Shown here: in pieces, positions 44,730 to 53,879 of the stretch | Position numbering within the stretch: position 1 is the stretch's first letter | Layout of the letters: each line of letters starts with the position of its first letter | Origin: an uncultured PS1 clade bacterium | GTDB lineage: Bacteria; Pseudomonadota; Alphaproteobacteria; MED-G09 | Reading direction: 5' to 3' | Length of the DNA stretch: 64,000 nucleotides | Assembly: GCA_902533755.1 (NCBI GenBank) | Contig: CACANC010000001.1 | Location: 3,668 to 67,667 of the forward strand | The notes under the pieces: generated by a model | What the model was told of the DNA's origin: nothing | Database searches by the model: none | What the model saw: the letters and a program-made list of their open reading frames with translations, nothing else | Position numbers and translations under genes: made by a program

Positions 44730-45104
44730 ATGAATGAAGATAATAAAGATATTAATGAAGAATTAGAGAATTCAGATAACTCAATGAATAATCAATCTGA
44801 TGACGAAATAACTAGTCAGCCTTCAGAGACAAAATCTGCAGATGATCAAATTGCTTTAAAAGTTTTTAAATATTTTAAAGAATTTATATTCTGTGTTGCT
44901 TTTCTTATTTTAGCTTATATGTCTTTTTGGGTCATTGTAGTTTTATCTATTTTATCTTTTATTGTGAAAGTAGTTGATTCTGGACAGCTTTCTGAATTAA
45001 ATGAGTTTTCTCGAAGATTATCTTTATATTTGAAGGAATGTCTTTTGTTTTCAACAGGTAATAACGATCAAAAACCATTTCCTTTTGAAAAATTTCCAGA
45101 TTAA
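44730..45104 (+). CDS. Hypothetical membrane-anchored protein (acidic N-terminus, one TM helix)
   Basis: 124 aa. No recognisable family. Confidence 0.35.
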   Translation: MNEDNKDINEELENSDNSMNNQSDDEITSQPSETKSADDQIALKVFKYFKEFIFCVAFLILAYMSFWVIVVLSILSFIVKVVDSGQLSELNEFSRRLSLYLKECLLFSTGNNDQKPFPFEKFPD

Positions 45105-45593
45105 CTATAACTTTGTTGGGTTTGGAAGACCTTTATATACTTCATCAGGATCAAAAAGTTTTTCTTCATCACTCATTATAAGTTCAATGTTTTCATTAAC
45201 CTTAGACTTCAAAGGAATTGATCGGTAAAAACATGATTTATATCCAACGTGACAACTAGCACCTGTTCCAGATACATCAACTGATATCCAAATAGAATCT
45301 TGGTCATCATCAATCCTCATTTCAACAATTTTTTGGGTTAAACCCGAAACAGAACCTTTATGCCAAATTTTTTTCTGTGAACGACTAAAATAATAAGCCT
45401 CACCATTTTCAATTGTTTTAGTTAATGCCTCAGCGTTCATATAGCCAACCATTAATAATTCACCAGTATTATTATCTGTGGTTATACAGGGCATTAAACC
45501 ATTTTCGTCAAATTTAGGGCTTAAAGAAAGACCTTCTTCAACCTCTTCGACTGATAATCTTTGTTTGAAATTTTTTTCGTAATTTTGTGACAA
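45105..45593 (-). CDS. hisI: Phosphoribosyl-AMP cyclohydrolase
   Basis: 162 aa. Metal-binding pattern (CHVGYKSCF) and conserved acidic motif (DDDQD). Confidence 0.8.
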   Translation of the reverse strand: MSQNYEKNFKQRLSVEEVEEGLSLSPKFDENGLMPCITTDNNTGELLMVGYMNAEALTKTIENGEAYYFSRSQKKIWHKGSVSGLTQKIVEMRIDDDQDSIWISVDVSGTGASCHVGYKSCFYRSIPLKSKVNENIELIMSDEEKLFDPDEVYKGLPNPTKL

Positions 45594-45595
45594 AA

Positions 45596-46210
45596 TTAAC
45601 CTTTTGCTTGCGTTAGACTCATAAATCTCTGTCTTAACTCACTATCTTCAGCAAATAATCCTGAAAACTTGGTAGTAACTGTTGATACATTAGGCTTACT
45701 AATACCTCTTGTTGTCATACATTGATGCTTCGCATCAATCATTATAGCTGTACCAAGTGGATTTAGAGCTTGGTCAATAGTTTCAAGAATTTGCATTGTC
45801 ATTGTCTCTTGAGTTTGAAGCCTCTTTGCAAAAATATCAATTACTCTTGCTAATTTTGAGATACCAACCACCTTATCTTTTGGTAAATAGGCTACATGTG
45901 CAACACCTAAAATTGGTACCATATGGTGTTCACAATGAGTTTCTATATTAATATCTCTTAGAAAGACAATATCGTCATAACCCTGAACATCCTCAAATGT
46001 TTTACTTAGAGTTGATAAAGGATCTTGATTATAGCCCGCAAAAAATTCTTCATAAGCTTTCACAACTCTTTTAGGGGTGTCTACCAAACCTTCGCGATAT
46101 GGGTTATCACCAGCCCATGATATAAGGGTTTTAACTGCATCCATAGCTTCTTCCCTCGTTGGTTTACCTTGATCTAAATCGACTTGATTTTTATCAACTT
46201 TCATATCCAT
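45596..46210 (-). CDS. folE: GTP cyclohydrolase I
   Basis: 204 aa. CEHHMVP zinc site and C-terminal signature. Confidence 0.9.
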   Translation of the reverse strand: MDMKVDKNQVDLDQGKPTREEAMDAVKTLISWAGDNPYREGLVDTPKRVVKAYEEFFAGYNQDPLSTLSKTFEDVQGYDDIVFLRDINIETHCEHHMVPILGVAHVAYLPKDKVVGISKLARVIDIFAKRLQTQETMTMQILETIDQALNPLGTAIMIDAKHQCMTTRGISKPNVSTVTTKFSGLFAEDSELRQRFMSLTQAKG

Positions 46211-46326
46211 GATAATCTCCTGACATAAAAGACAAAAATTGTGACTTTTACTTTGATTAATTTTCTAATATAGCAATGTATATGATATTAATATAAGAAA
46301 ATACAAGTATTTTATAGATTTTTGCT

Positions 46327-47694
46327 ATGGAAATTCGATTATATAACTCAAAAAGTAAGAAAAAAGAGATATTTCATCCTCTTGATGATGAAAATGTGAC
46401 TATGTATGTATGTGGCCCGACAGTTTATGGGTCACATCATATTGGCAATGCAAGACCAGCGGTAGTTTTTGATGTATTGGCAAAATTACTAAGAAATAAA
46501 TATAAAAATGTGACATATGCAAGAAACATAACTGATATTGATGATAAAATAATAAATGCTGCTTTAGAGCAAAATGTTGAAATATCTGAAATTACTAAGA
46601 AATCTACAAATCAATATCATTCAGATATGAAAATTTTGAATGTTGAAGAACCTAATAGGGAGCCTTATGCAACACAATTTATTTCTGAGATGATTTTATT
46701 TATTGAGGATCTAATAAAAAAAGATAATGCATACCTTTCTGAAGGACATGTGTTATTTAATATTGATTCTTATAAATCATATGGTGATTTATCTAGCAGA
46801 GATCCTAAAGATATGATTGCAGGCTCAAGAGTTGAAGTTCAAGATTACAAAAAAAATCCTTTAGATTTTGTTTTGTGGAAACCTTCTAATGAAAATGAGA
46901 TTGGCTGGAACAGTCCTTGGGGAAGAGGGCGACCAGGATGGCACCTAGAATGCTCAACTATGATTCTAGAGATATTTGGAAAAACTATAGATATTCATGG
47001 TGGAGGTGAAGATTTAAGGTTTCCTCATCATGAAAATGAGTGCGCGCAGTCATTTTGTAGAAATGATGGTAAGCAATTAGCAAATTTTTGGTTACATAAT
47101 GGAATGGTTCAAATGGCAGACTCCAAAATGTCTAAATCTCTTGGAAATATTATTTTAATTAAAGATTTAATTAACGATATGCCCGGAGAAGTAATAAGGT
47201 TATCTTTAATGAGTTCTCATTATAGACAGCCTTTAAAGTGGTCAGATGAATTAGTTAATCAATCAAAAAAAACATTAGATACTTTTTATTCATTCTTAGA
47301 ACAGTATGAGGATGTTGATATTATCGATGCTAAAATTAATGAAGAAATTCTTACTTCTTTATCTGATGACATTAATACACCAAAAGCAATATCAGTTCTG
47401 CATTCAATATTTAAAGATCTAAAAAAAGATTCTGACAATATTGAGTTAAGGAGCTCATTTATTAAATCTGCCAACTTTATGGGGCTTTTATTTTCAAAGC
47501 CAAGTAATTGGTTATTAAAAGAAGATAATAATGTTGATACAAAAGTAATTGATGGGCTAATTAAAGAAAGAAATCAAGCAAGGCAATCTAAAGATTTTTC
47601 AGCTGCGGATAAAATAAGAAATAAACTTTTAGATATGGGTGTAGTGCTTGAAGATAAGAATGATATTACTACTTGGAAGAAAAAAAATGATTAA
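46327..47694 (+). CDS. cysS: Cysteine-tRNA ligase
   Basis: 455 aa. HIGH (HIGNAR) and KMSKS motifs, plus Zn-binding Cys. Confidence 0.92.
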   Translation: MEIRLYNSKSKKKEIFHPLDDENVTMYVCGPTVYGSHHIGNARPAVVFDVLAKLLRNKYKNVTYARNITDIDDKIINAALEQNVEISEITKKSTNQYHSDMKILNVEEPNREPYATQFISEMILFIEDLIKKDNAYLSEGHVLFNIDSYKSYGDLSSRDPKDMIAGSRVEVQDYKKNPLDFVLWKPSNENEIGWNSPWGRGRPGWHLECSTMILEIFGKTIDIHGGGEDLRFPHHENECAQSFCRNDGKQLANFWLHNGMVQMADSKMSKSLGNIILIKDLINDMPGEVIRLSLMSSHYRQPLKWSDELVNQSKKTLDTFYSFLEQYEDVDIIDAKINEEILTSLSDDINTPKAISVLHSIFKDLKKDSDNIELRSSFIKSANFMGLLFSKPSNWLLKEDNNVDTKVIDGLIKERNQARQSKDFSAADKIRNKLLDMGVVLEDKNDITTWKKKND

Positions 47695-48109
47695 GGATTT
47701 ATACAATACAAATATTTTAAGGTTATCATCAGATATCCCTAGATTAGGAAAGCTTGATAAACCACATTCTTCCTCTACGGTAGTAAGTAAATTATGTGGT
47801 TCTAAAATTACCGTTTATTTAAATATGGAAGATAATATTGTAAATGATTTTACCCATGAAATTAAAGCTTGTTCTCTTGGTAAGGCAGCATCCTCAGTTA
47901 TGGCAAGAAATATAATAGGATCAGGTTCAAAAGAGCTCTTAGAAATAAAAAAAGAAATGTACAATATGCTAAAGGAAAATGGTGCCCCTCCATCTGGAAA
48001 ATGGGAAGATTTGAAATATTTTGAACCAGTTAAGGACTTTAAAGGAAGGCATGCATCTGTTTTATTGGTTTTCGATGCTGTTGAAAATTGTATAAATGAG
48101 TTAAAATAA
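47687..48109 (+). CDS. NifU/IscU-like Fe-S cluster scaffold-domain protein
   Basis: Start placed at MIKDLYN, overlapping the cysS 3' end. Conserved Cys contexts LCGS, KACSLGKAASS and ENC resemble the NifU N-terminal scaffold fold. Confidence 0.55.
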   Translation: MIKDLYNTNILRLSSDIPRLGKLDKPHSSSTVVSKLCGSKITVYLNMEDNIVNDFTHEIKACSLGKAASSVMARNIIGSGSKELLEIKKEMYNMLKENGAPPSGKWEDLKYFEPVKDFKGRHASVLLVFDAVENCINELK

Positions 48110-48349
48110 AAAAAGGGAGCTTTCATCAAGCTCCCTTTAGTTTGACTTAACCGCCCCCGATTAAACCATGATCTTCCGCTACCTTTCTTCAGTGCTCCTT
48201 CTTTTTCAAGACCAGCTTCCTGTTTCTGGCTGGTTTCTATCCAGATATTTCTATCTTTCTTTTCACCATGGATCTTATACCATTCGATCCTCACTGCGGC
48301 TTCTCACCCGCCCATCGGTCATTGGTCATTGCGACCGACAATTAGATTA
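48104..48349 (-). ncRNA. Candidate small RNA, copy A of a paralogous pair (~245 nt, unknown family)
   Basis: Minus-strand σ70-like promoter: -35 TTGATT (48379-48384), -10 TTTAAT (48356-48361), 17-bp spacer. Conserved core gtcggtcgcaatgaccaatg.... Ends in the hairpin gggagctt-gatg-aagctccc plus a U-tract. About 78% identical to copy B on the opposite strand. Confidence 0.5.
48112..48138. terminator. Bidirectional intrinsic terminator (GC hairpin; strong U-tract on the minus strand)
   Basis: Hairpin aaagggagc-tttcatcaa-gctcccttt. On the minus strand it is followed by UUUUUAUUUU. It also sits 3 nt after the NifU-like gene stop on the plus strand. Confidence 0.65.
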
Positions 48350-48383
48350 AAACATAATTATGGATCACAATCAATTATCAAAA

Positions 48384-48412
48384 GTCATTTAGTTGTGGAT
48401 AACTTCATTTTT
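48384..48412 (-). promoter_or_regulatory. Two perfect DnaA boxes (TTATCCACA), direct repeats 20 bp apart
   Basis: tgtggataa at 48384-48392 and 48404-48412 on the plus strand, so TTATCCACA on the minus strand. Located between the thrS stop and the copy-A promoter. Confidence 0.55.
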
Positions 48413-48432
48413 CTGTGGATAAAATAAATTGA

Positions 48433-50343
48433 TCAACTATCTGGTGCAGCAGTTTCTTTAAGAATCAAATCTATACTATCTTGTATGCTAAGTATTTCTT
48501 GTTTTTCTGAGCCAAGTTTTCTGATTGCGACAGTTCCATCATTCATCTCATTAACTCCAACAACAAAAATAAAAGGTATTTTATTTACCGAATGTTCTCG
48601 AACTTTATAATTAATTTTTTCGTTTCGAGAATCTAAAATAACCCTTATTCCTTTTTCTATAAATTTTTCTTCTATCTTATGAGCATATTTATCTGCTTTA
48701 GATGTTATAGTAGCAACCACCACTTGGATTGGAGCTAACCAAACAGGGAACCTTCCTTCATAATGCTCAATTAAAATACCTGTAAATCTCTCTAAACTTC
48801 CTAAAATAGCACGATGAAGCATAACGGGCGTATGTTTTTCATTATCTTCTCCAATATAATTTGCCCTCAATCTTCCTGGCATATTAAAATCAACCTGTAA
48901 TGTTCCACATTGCCATTTTCTACCAATAGCATCGTGAAGATAAAAATCTAACTTCGGTCCATAAAAAGCGCCATCTCCATTATTTATATCAAAGGGTATG
49001 CCTGTTGCTTTAGACGCATTCAAAAGTGCATTTTCAGCTTTATCCCAGATCTCATCTTTACCTACCCTTTGGTCTGGCCTATCAGCATACATTATTGAAA
49101 CCTCTTCAAAACCCAATTCACTATATACATCCTGAAGCAGTTTACAAAAACTTATAGTTTCACTCTCTATTTGATCTTCGGTGCAGAAAATATGCGCATC
49201 ATCTTGAACAAAATTCCTAACCCTCATTAAACCATGCAGTGCACCAGATGGCTCATTACGATGGCATGAACCAAATTCTGCCATTCTCAGTGGAAGATCT
49301 TTATAGCTTTTTATACCTTGATTATATATTTGAACATGGCCTGGGCAGTTCATAGGTTTAATCATCAATTCTCTATCATCAATAATTGTTTTATACATAT
49401 TATCTTTGTATTTATCCCAATGACCTGACTCAACCCATAAATCTTTATCTAAAATTTGCGGTGTTTTGATTTCTTTATATCCTTCTTTTGAAATTTTTCT
49501 TCGAATATAGTCTTCCAACTCTTTATAAATTGACCAACCATTTGCATGCCAAAAAACCATACCAGGTGCAATGTCTTGAAAGTGGAAAAGGTCTAACTCT
49601 TTTCCAATTTTTCTGTGATCTCTTTTCTCTGCTTCCTCAAGAAGAATAAGATGTTTTTTTAACTCTTTTTCAGATGCCCACGCGGTTCCATATACTCTTT
49701 GAAGCATTTTATTATCAGAGCTACCCCTCCAATATGCTCCAGCAATTTTTGTTAATTTAAAAGCTTTTAAGTGCCTAACTGATGTAACATGAGGGCCTCT
49801 ACACATATCAATATATTCATTATGATGATATAGGGCTATAATCTCATCATTGGGAATTTCATTAATTATTTCAACTTTATAAGGTTCATTTCTTTTCTCA
49901 AATGTATCAAGCGCCTTTTTTCTTGTTACAACTTCTCTAACAACACCATAATTTGTTTGAGCTAATTCTTTCATTCTTAACTCAATTTTTTCTAAATCAT
50001 TCTCACTTAATGACTCCTCAAGATCAATATCGTAATAGAAACCATTTTCTATAGTTGGTCCTATAGCCATTTTTGCTTTAGGATATAATTGTTTTAAAGC
50101 ATGGCCAAACAAATGGGCACATGAATGCCTAATTATCTCTATTCCATCTTCATCACTATTTGTGATTAAAACTACATCAGAATCTGCTTCAATTAGCTCT
50201 GATGCATCTACAATTTTTCCATTAAGCATACCAGCAACAGTTGCTTTAGCTAATCCCGATCCAATTGAAGATGCAAGTTCATCAAAATTAATTGGCTTAT
50301 CGAATTCTTTTACTGATCCATCTGGTAATTTTATTTTTGGCAT
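48433..50343 (-). CDS. thrS: Threonine-tRNA ligase
   Basis: 636 aa. TGS domain, class II aaRS core, Zn-binding editing motifs and anticodon-binding domain. Confidence 0.93.
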   Translation of the reverse strand: MPKIKLPDGSVKEFDKPINFDELASSIGSGLAKATVAGMLNGKIVDASELIEADSDVVLITNSDEDGIEIIRHSCAHLFGHALKQLYPKAKMAIGPTIENGFYYDIDLEESLSENDLEKIELRMKELAQTNYGVVREVVTRKKALDTFEKRNEPYKVEIINEIPNDEIIALYHHNEYIDMCRGPHVTSVRHLKAFKLTKIAGAYWRGSSDNKMLQRVYGTAWASEKELKKHLILLEEAEKRDHRKIGKELDLFHFQDIAPGMVFWHANGWSIYKELEDYIRRKISKEGYKEIKTPQILDKDLWVESGHWDKYKDNMYKTIIDDRELMIKPMNCPGHVQIYNQGIKSYKDLPLRMAEFGSCHRNEPSGALHGLMRVRNFVQDDAHIFCTEDQIESETISFCKLLQDVYSELGFEEVSIMYADRPDQRVGKDEIWDKAENALLNASKATGIPFDINNGDGAFYGPKLDFYLHDAIGRKWQCGTLQVDFNMPGRLRANYIGEDNEKHTPVMLHRAILGSLERFTGILIEHYEGRFPVWLAPIQVVVATITSKADKYAHKIEEKFIEKGIRVILDSRNEKINYKVREHSVNKIPFIFVVGVNEMNDGTVAIRKLGSEKQEILSIQDSIDLILKETAAPDS

Positions 50344-50345
50344 AA

Positions 50346-50591
50346 CTAATTATTTATCTTCTTTTTAATAGGAACTGGATCATATCCATAACCACCCCAA
50401 GGATTACATTTTATAATACGAATAAAGGATAATTTAAAACCATGAAAAAATCCATGTTTTGAAAAAGCTTCCATTGCATAAGATGAACATGAAGGCTCAA
50501 ATCTACAAGACTTACCTAAAAAAGGTGATATTAAATATTTGTACCCCCTGATTAATATAATACATATTTTACTTGCTATACCCATAACCAT
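50346..50591 (-). CDS. yidD: Membrane protein insertion efficiency factor YidD
   Basis: 81 aa. [28 protein letters not shown] is the canonical YidD sequence. Confidence 0.85.
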   Translation of the reverse strand: MVMGIASKICIILIRGYKYLISPFLGKSCRFEPSCSSYAMEAFSKHGFFHGFKLSFIRIIKCNPWGGYGYDPVPIKKKINN

Positions 50592-50624
50592 AAAATTAAT
50601 AAGTTATTTATATGCTATAAATTA

Positions 50625-50653
50625 ATTTGTTATTTTATCCACAGAAAAATTGA
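50625..50653 (+). promoter_or_regulatory. Two perfect DnaA boxes (TTATCCACA), direct repeats 20 bp apart
   Basis: ttatccaca at 50625-50633 and 50645-50653. Located 34-62 bp upstream of the yidD start and upstream of the copy-B promoter. Confidence 0.55.
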
Positions 50654-50708
50654 GTTATCCACAAAAAAATAATGCAGCTGAATTGACCAACACTATTTGC
50701 TATGTCTT

Positions 50709-50950
50709 AATAATTGTGACGGTCGTAATGACCAATGGCCGTTGGGCGGGTGATATGCCGCTGTGAGGGTCGGATGGTCTCCGATCCATGGTGAAAGTAA
50801 AGGTAGCAATATCTTGAGGATAGCCAGCCAAAAGACAGAAAGCTGGTCTGTAAAAGGAAGAAGCGCTGGATTAGGGTAGCGAGATATCAGTCTTAATCGG
50901 GGGCGATTAAGTCACACTAAAAGGGAGCTCGATGTGGGTTCCCTTTTTTT
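50709..50950 (+). ncRNA. Candidate small RNA, copy B of the paralogous pair (~240 nt, unknown family)
   Basis: -35 TTGACC (50673-50678), 17-bp spacer, -10 CTTAAT/TAATAAT. Conserved core gacggtcgtaatgaccaatgg.... Conserved internal stem ccagc...gctgg with a variable loop in both copies. Ends in a 10-bp hairpin plus U9. Confidence 0.5.
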
Positions 50951-50954
50951 TTAA
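50921..50954 (+). terminator. Intrinsic terminator (10-bp stem with two G·U pairs, followed by T9)
   Basis: aagggagctc-gatgt-gggttccctt then ttttttttt. Relative to copy A, a t→c change is paired with an a→g change in the stem, which is compensatory. Confidence 0.7.
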
Positions 50955-50956
50955 AA

Positions 50957-52171
50957 TTAACATTTTCCAATTATTCCATTTTCTTCTAATTTATTAATTT
51001 CTTCTGTTGAGTAACCCATTTCACTTAATATTTCTTTGTTATGTTCACCGAGTAGAGGTGCCGGTCCTTTTGGTCCTACATCACTATCATGGAATTTAAC
51101 CGGAGAAGCTAAAGAAAGGTATTTTTCTTCACATTCTGGGTCTTCAATTTCAACAAATGATCCTGCTTCAATAGCTTGTTTGTCATTTGCAACTTCGCTT
51201 AAATTTTGTACAGGCGCCCAAATTAGATCTTCTTTGTCTAATCTTTCACCCCATTCTTCAAGAGTTAATTGACTAAAAGCTTCATCCATAGCTTTTACAA
51301 AGTCTGTAGAGTTAGACCTTCTACCATGATGATTATTAAATCTCTCATCTTCCAACCATTCTTCTCTCCCGATAGCTCTTGCTACTTGAGGTAAATCCCA
51401 ATCACCTCCTGCTCTTGGACTAAGGCATATCCATCTATCATCTTTGGTTTTAAAAAAATTAGCTATTGGATTTATTTGTTCATCTCTTTTTTTTGTTGAT
51501 GGAACTCTTCCAAACCTTAATTGAAGGGCCATATCTGAGCCTATGGAATAAATTCCTGTCCTTAAGAGAGAGCTCTCAACAACTTTACCTTTACCTGTTT
51601 TTTGTCTTTCATAAACTGCAGCTAATATTCCACTAACTGTTGATATTGAGGTGATATGATCTCCAACAGCAACTCTGATAGGTAAGGGCTCTTCACCTTT
51701 TCTCTGAGTTAAATGTGCCATTCCAGATCTTGACCAAAATGCAGCAATATCAAAACCAGGTCGATCTCTTTCTTCCCCGTCAAGACCGTAACCTGACAAA
51801 GAGCAATATATTAGCTTAGGATTAATTTCCAAAAGCGTTTCATGATCAAGTTTTGATTTTTCTAATGATGTAGGTCTAACATTTGTCAAAAAGATATCTG
51901 CATCTTTAATTAATTGTCTAACAATATCAGCACCTTTTTCATTGCTAGTATTTATTGTCATCCCTTTTTTACCTCTATTATCGAGACTAAAGATAGGGTT
52001 ACCTACGATTTCTAATTTTGATTTTGTTCCTTCAAAAAATGATCTCATTGGACAACCTGTCAATGGTTCAACTTTAATAACCTCTGCTCCCCAATCTCGA
52101 AGCATACCACCTGCTCCAGGAGCGGCTACATACGTTGACATCTCAATAACTCTTAATCCTTCTAACATCAT
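50957..52171 (-). CDS. Family III CoA-transferase (CaiB/BaiF family)
   Basis: 404 aa. N-terminal LEGLRVIEMSTYVAAPGAGGMLRDWGAEVIKVEP is typical of CoA-transferase family III. Confidence 0.8.
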   Translation of the reverse strand: MMLEGLRVIEMSTYVAAPGAGGMLRDWGAEVIKVEPLTGCPMRSFFEGTKSKLEIVGNPIFSLDNRGKKGMTINTSNEKGADIVRQLIKDADIFLTNVRPTSLEKSKLDHETLLEINPKLIYCSLSGYGLDGEERDRPGFDIAAFWSRSGMAHLTQRKGEEPLPIRVAVGDHITSISTVSGILAAVYERQKTGKGKVVESSLLRTGIYSIGSDMALQLRFGRVPSTKKRDEQINPIANFFKTKDDRWICLSPRAGGDWDLPQVARAIGREEWLEDERFNNHHGRRSNSTDFVKAMDEAFSQLTLEEWGERLDKEDLIWAPVQNLSEVANDKQAIEAGSFVEIEDPECEEKYLSLASPVKFHDSDVGPKGPAPLLGEHNKEILSEMGYSTEEINKLEENGIIGKC

Positions 52172-52233
52172 CTCTCCTCATCTTAACAAAAATAAATGAT
52201 TAAATATTTTGAACTATGCTATAGCATTATATT

Positions 52234-53025
52234 ATGGAAAATTCTTCTAATAAATTAATACCTGCTTCTACTGTCTTAGTTATTAGAGACGGTGTTGATG
52301 ATATAGAAGTCTTTATGGTTGTAAGGCATCACCAAATAGATTTTGCATCAGGTGCTTTAGTCTTTCCGGGTGGAAAAGTTGACGAAAGTGATCTTAATCC
52401 AGAATTAAGAAGATATGTATTTGCCGAAAAAGAAATTAGTGATCAAGAGTTAAGTTATAAAATTGCAGGAATAAGAGAGTGTTATGAAGAAGCAGATGTA
52501 TTATTTGCATACGAGCAAAATAAGAAAGAAATAATATCAAGTGAAAAATTGGAGAAATTAGCTCAGTGGCGAGATAAATTTAATAACAAAAAGGGATCAA
52601 TGTTTGATTTTGCTGTTAAAGAAAACATTAAATTTAATTTAGACAATTTAATTCCATTTGCACATTGGGTAACCCCAAAAATGATGCCAAAGAGGTTTGA
52701 TACTTATTTTTATCTTGCTGAAGCCCCAAGAGATCATATAGGCAAGCATGATGGAAAAGAGTCTATAGATTCAATTTGGATTTCTCCAAAACAGGCATTA
52801 GAAGACTGTATAGCTGAAAAACGAACTATAATTTTTCCGACAAGAATGAATTTAGAAAAATTATCAAAATTTAGAACTGTTAAAGAAGCCCTTGATGAAG
52901 TTAAAAAAGAAACAGTTATCACTGTTGAACCCAAGATAGAAAAGAATGAAGATGGAGTATTTTTAACAATACCTGAGAAGGCTGGATATGGTCTAATTAA
53001 AGAGCCTATAGAGAATTTAAAATAA
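52234..53025 (+). CDS. NUDIX hydrolase
   Basis: 263 aa. Nudix box (GGKVDE...REcYEEADV). Confidence 0.65.
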   Translation: MENSSNKLIPASTVLVIRDGVDDIEVFMVVRHHQIDFASGALVFPGGKVDESDLNPELRRYVFAEKEISDQELSYKIAGIRECYEEADVLFAYEQNKKEIISSEKLEKLAQWRDKFNNKKGSMFDFAVKENIKFNLDNLIPFAHWVTPKMMPKRFDTYFYLAEAPRDHIGKHDGKESIDSIWISPKQALEDCIAEKRTIIFPTRMNLEKLSKFRTVKEALDEVKKETVITVEPKIEKNEDGVFLTIPEKAGYGLIKEPIENLK

Positions 53026-53026
53026 A

Positions 53027-53794
53027 TTAAGAGTAAGTAAATTGTTCTTCTAAAATTTTTTCTTCTAGATTTGTTTCAGGATCAAAGAGCATAAACAATT
53101 CCGTTTTTCTATCCTCTGTTATTTTAACGCTTTCTATGTCTCTTATTTCAAGATTATCTGCAACTGCACTTACTGGTCTCTTATTTTTTTCTAATATTTC
53201 AATTTCAACTATTGAATCATGAGGCAGTAGTGCACCTTTCCATCGTCTTGGTCTAAATGCTGATATAGGAGTTAATGCTAATAAATTTGAAGTAATTGGA
53301 AGTATTGGTCCATGAGCAGATAAATTATAGGCTGTGCTCCCTGCAGGTGTTGCAAGTAAAATACCATCACATATTAATTCTTCTAATCTAATTTTATCAT
53401 CTATCTTAATTTTTATTTTTGCTGCTTGATATGTTTGTCTCAAAAGAGAAACCTCATTAATAGCTTTTGCTGATATTTCATCATGTTCAGTTATAACTGT
53501 CATTTGAAGAGGGTAAACTTTTGTTAAAGTGGCAGATTCAATTCTTTCTAACAGGTCGTCATCGTTATAATCGTTCATTAAGAAACCAACAGATCCTTTG
53601 TTAATACCAAAAATAGGCTTTGCCTCTTCAATATTATCATGAAGCGTTTTTAACATAAGTCCATCACCTCCAAGCGCAACAATTACATCAGCTTCAGAAG
53701 CAGAATAATCCTTGTATTTTTCTACTAGATTATCTTTTGCATCTTTTGCAGCCTTATTATCACTTGAAACAAAATGTATTTTTTTATCAGACAT
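53027..53794 (-). CDS. nadK: NAD+ kinase
   Basis: 255 aa. GGDGLML motif and NAD-kinase C-terminal β-sandwich sequence. Confidence 0.85.
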   Translation of the reverse strand: MSDKKIHFVSSDNKAAKDAKDNLVEKYKDYSASEADVIVALGGDGLMLKTLHDNIEEAKPIFGINKGSVGFLMNDYNDDDLLERIESATLTKVYPLQMTVITEHDEISAKAINEVSLLRQTYQAAKIKIKIDDKIRLEELICDGILLATPAGSTAYNLSAHGPILPITSNLLALTPISAFRPRRWKGALLPHDSIVEIEILEKNKRPVSAVADNLEIRDIESVKITEDRKTELFMLFDPETNLEEKILEEQFTYS

Positions 53795-53879
53795 TTTTTT
53801 TAAATATCACTTCCTCTTGATAATTCATACCTAAATTACTAAAGTTTTATCTTTGGTTTTTATCTATTTAGGTGAATAA

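Larger units (their letters stand above)
48104..48430. repeat. Left arm of a ~320-bp diverged inverted repeat flanking thrS-yidD
   Basis: Reverse complement aligns colinearly with 50620-50950 at ~75-80% identity by hand alignment. GC-enriched relative to the window. Confidence 0.8.
50620..50950. repeat. Right arm of the diverged inverted repeat flanking thrS-yidD
   Basis: See left arm. Same element order in opposite orientation: DnaA boxes, promoter, conserved core, terminator. Confidence 0.8.

Noticed and set aside
48168-48350. 60-aa ORF on the plus strand inside inverted-repeat arm A
   Set aside because: It lies within the region better explained as a minus-strand small RNA. The paralogous arm B has no equivalent ORF in the track and the residue composition is odd, so it is likely a chance ORF in GC-enriched sequence.
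48104-50950. Repeat arms as tmRNA, RNase P RNA, SRP RNA or 6S RNA
   Set aside because: None of the universally conserved blocks is present: no tag ORF/tRNA-like end for tmRNA, no RNase P P4 motif GGAAAGUCCGG, no SRP GGAAGCAGCC domain IV. Two copies of such housekeeping RNAs would also be unusual. The family remains unassigned.
48104-50950. Composite transposon carrying thrS-yidD between terminal inverted repeats
   Set aside because: The arms are only ~75-80% identical and carry promoters and terminators rather than transposase-binding ends. No transposase gene is present, and the cargo is essential housekeeping genes.
50957-53025. CoA-transferase III / NUDIX divergent pair as a dedicated CoA-thioester salvage system
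   Set aside because: This rests only on adjacency of two common families with a 62-bp divergent spacer. There is no sequence feature beyond the family assignments.
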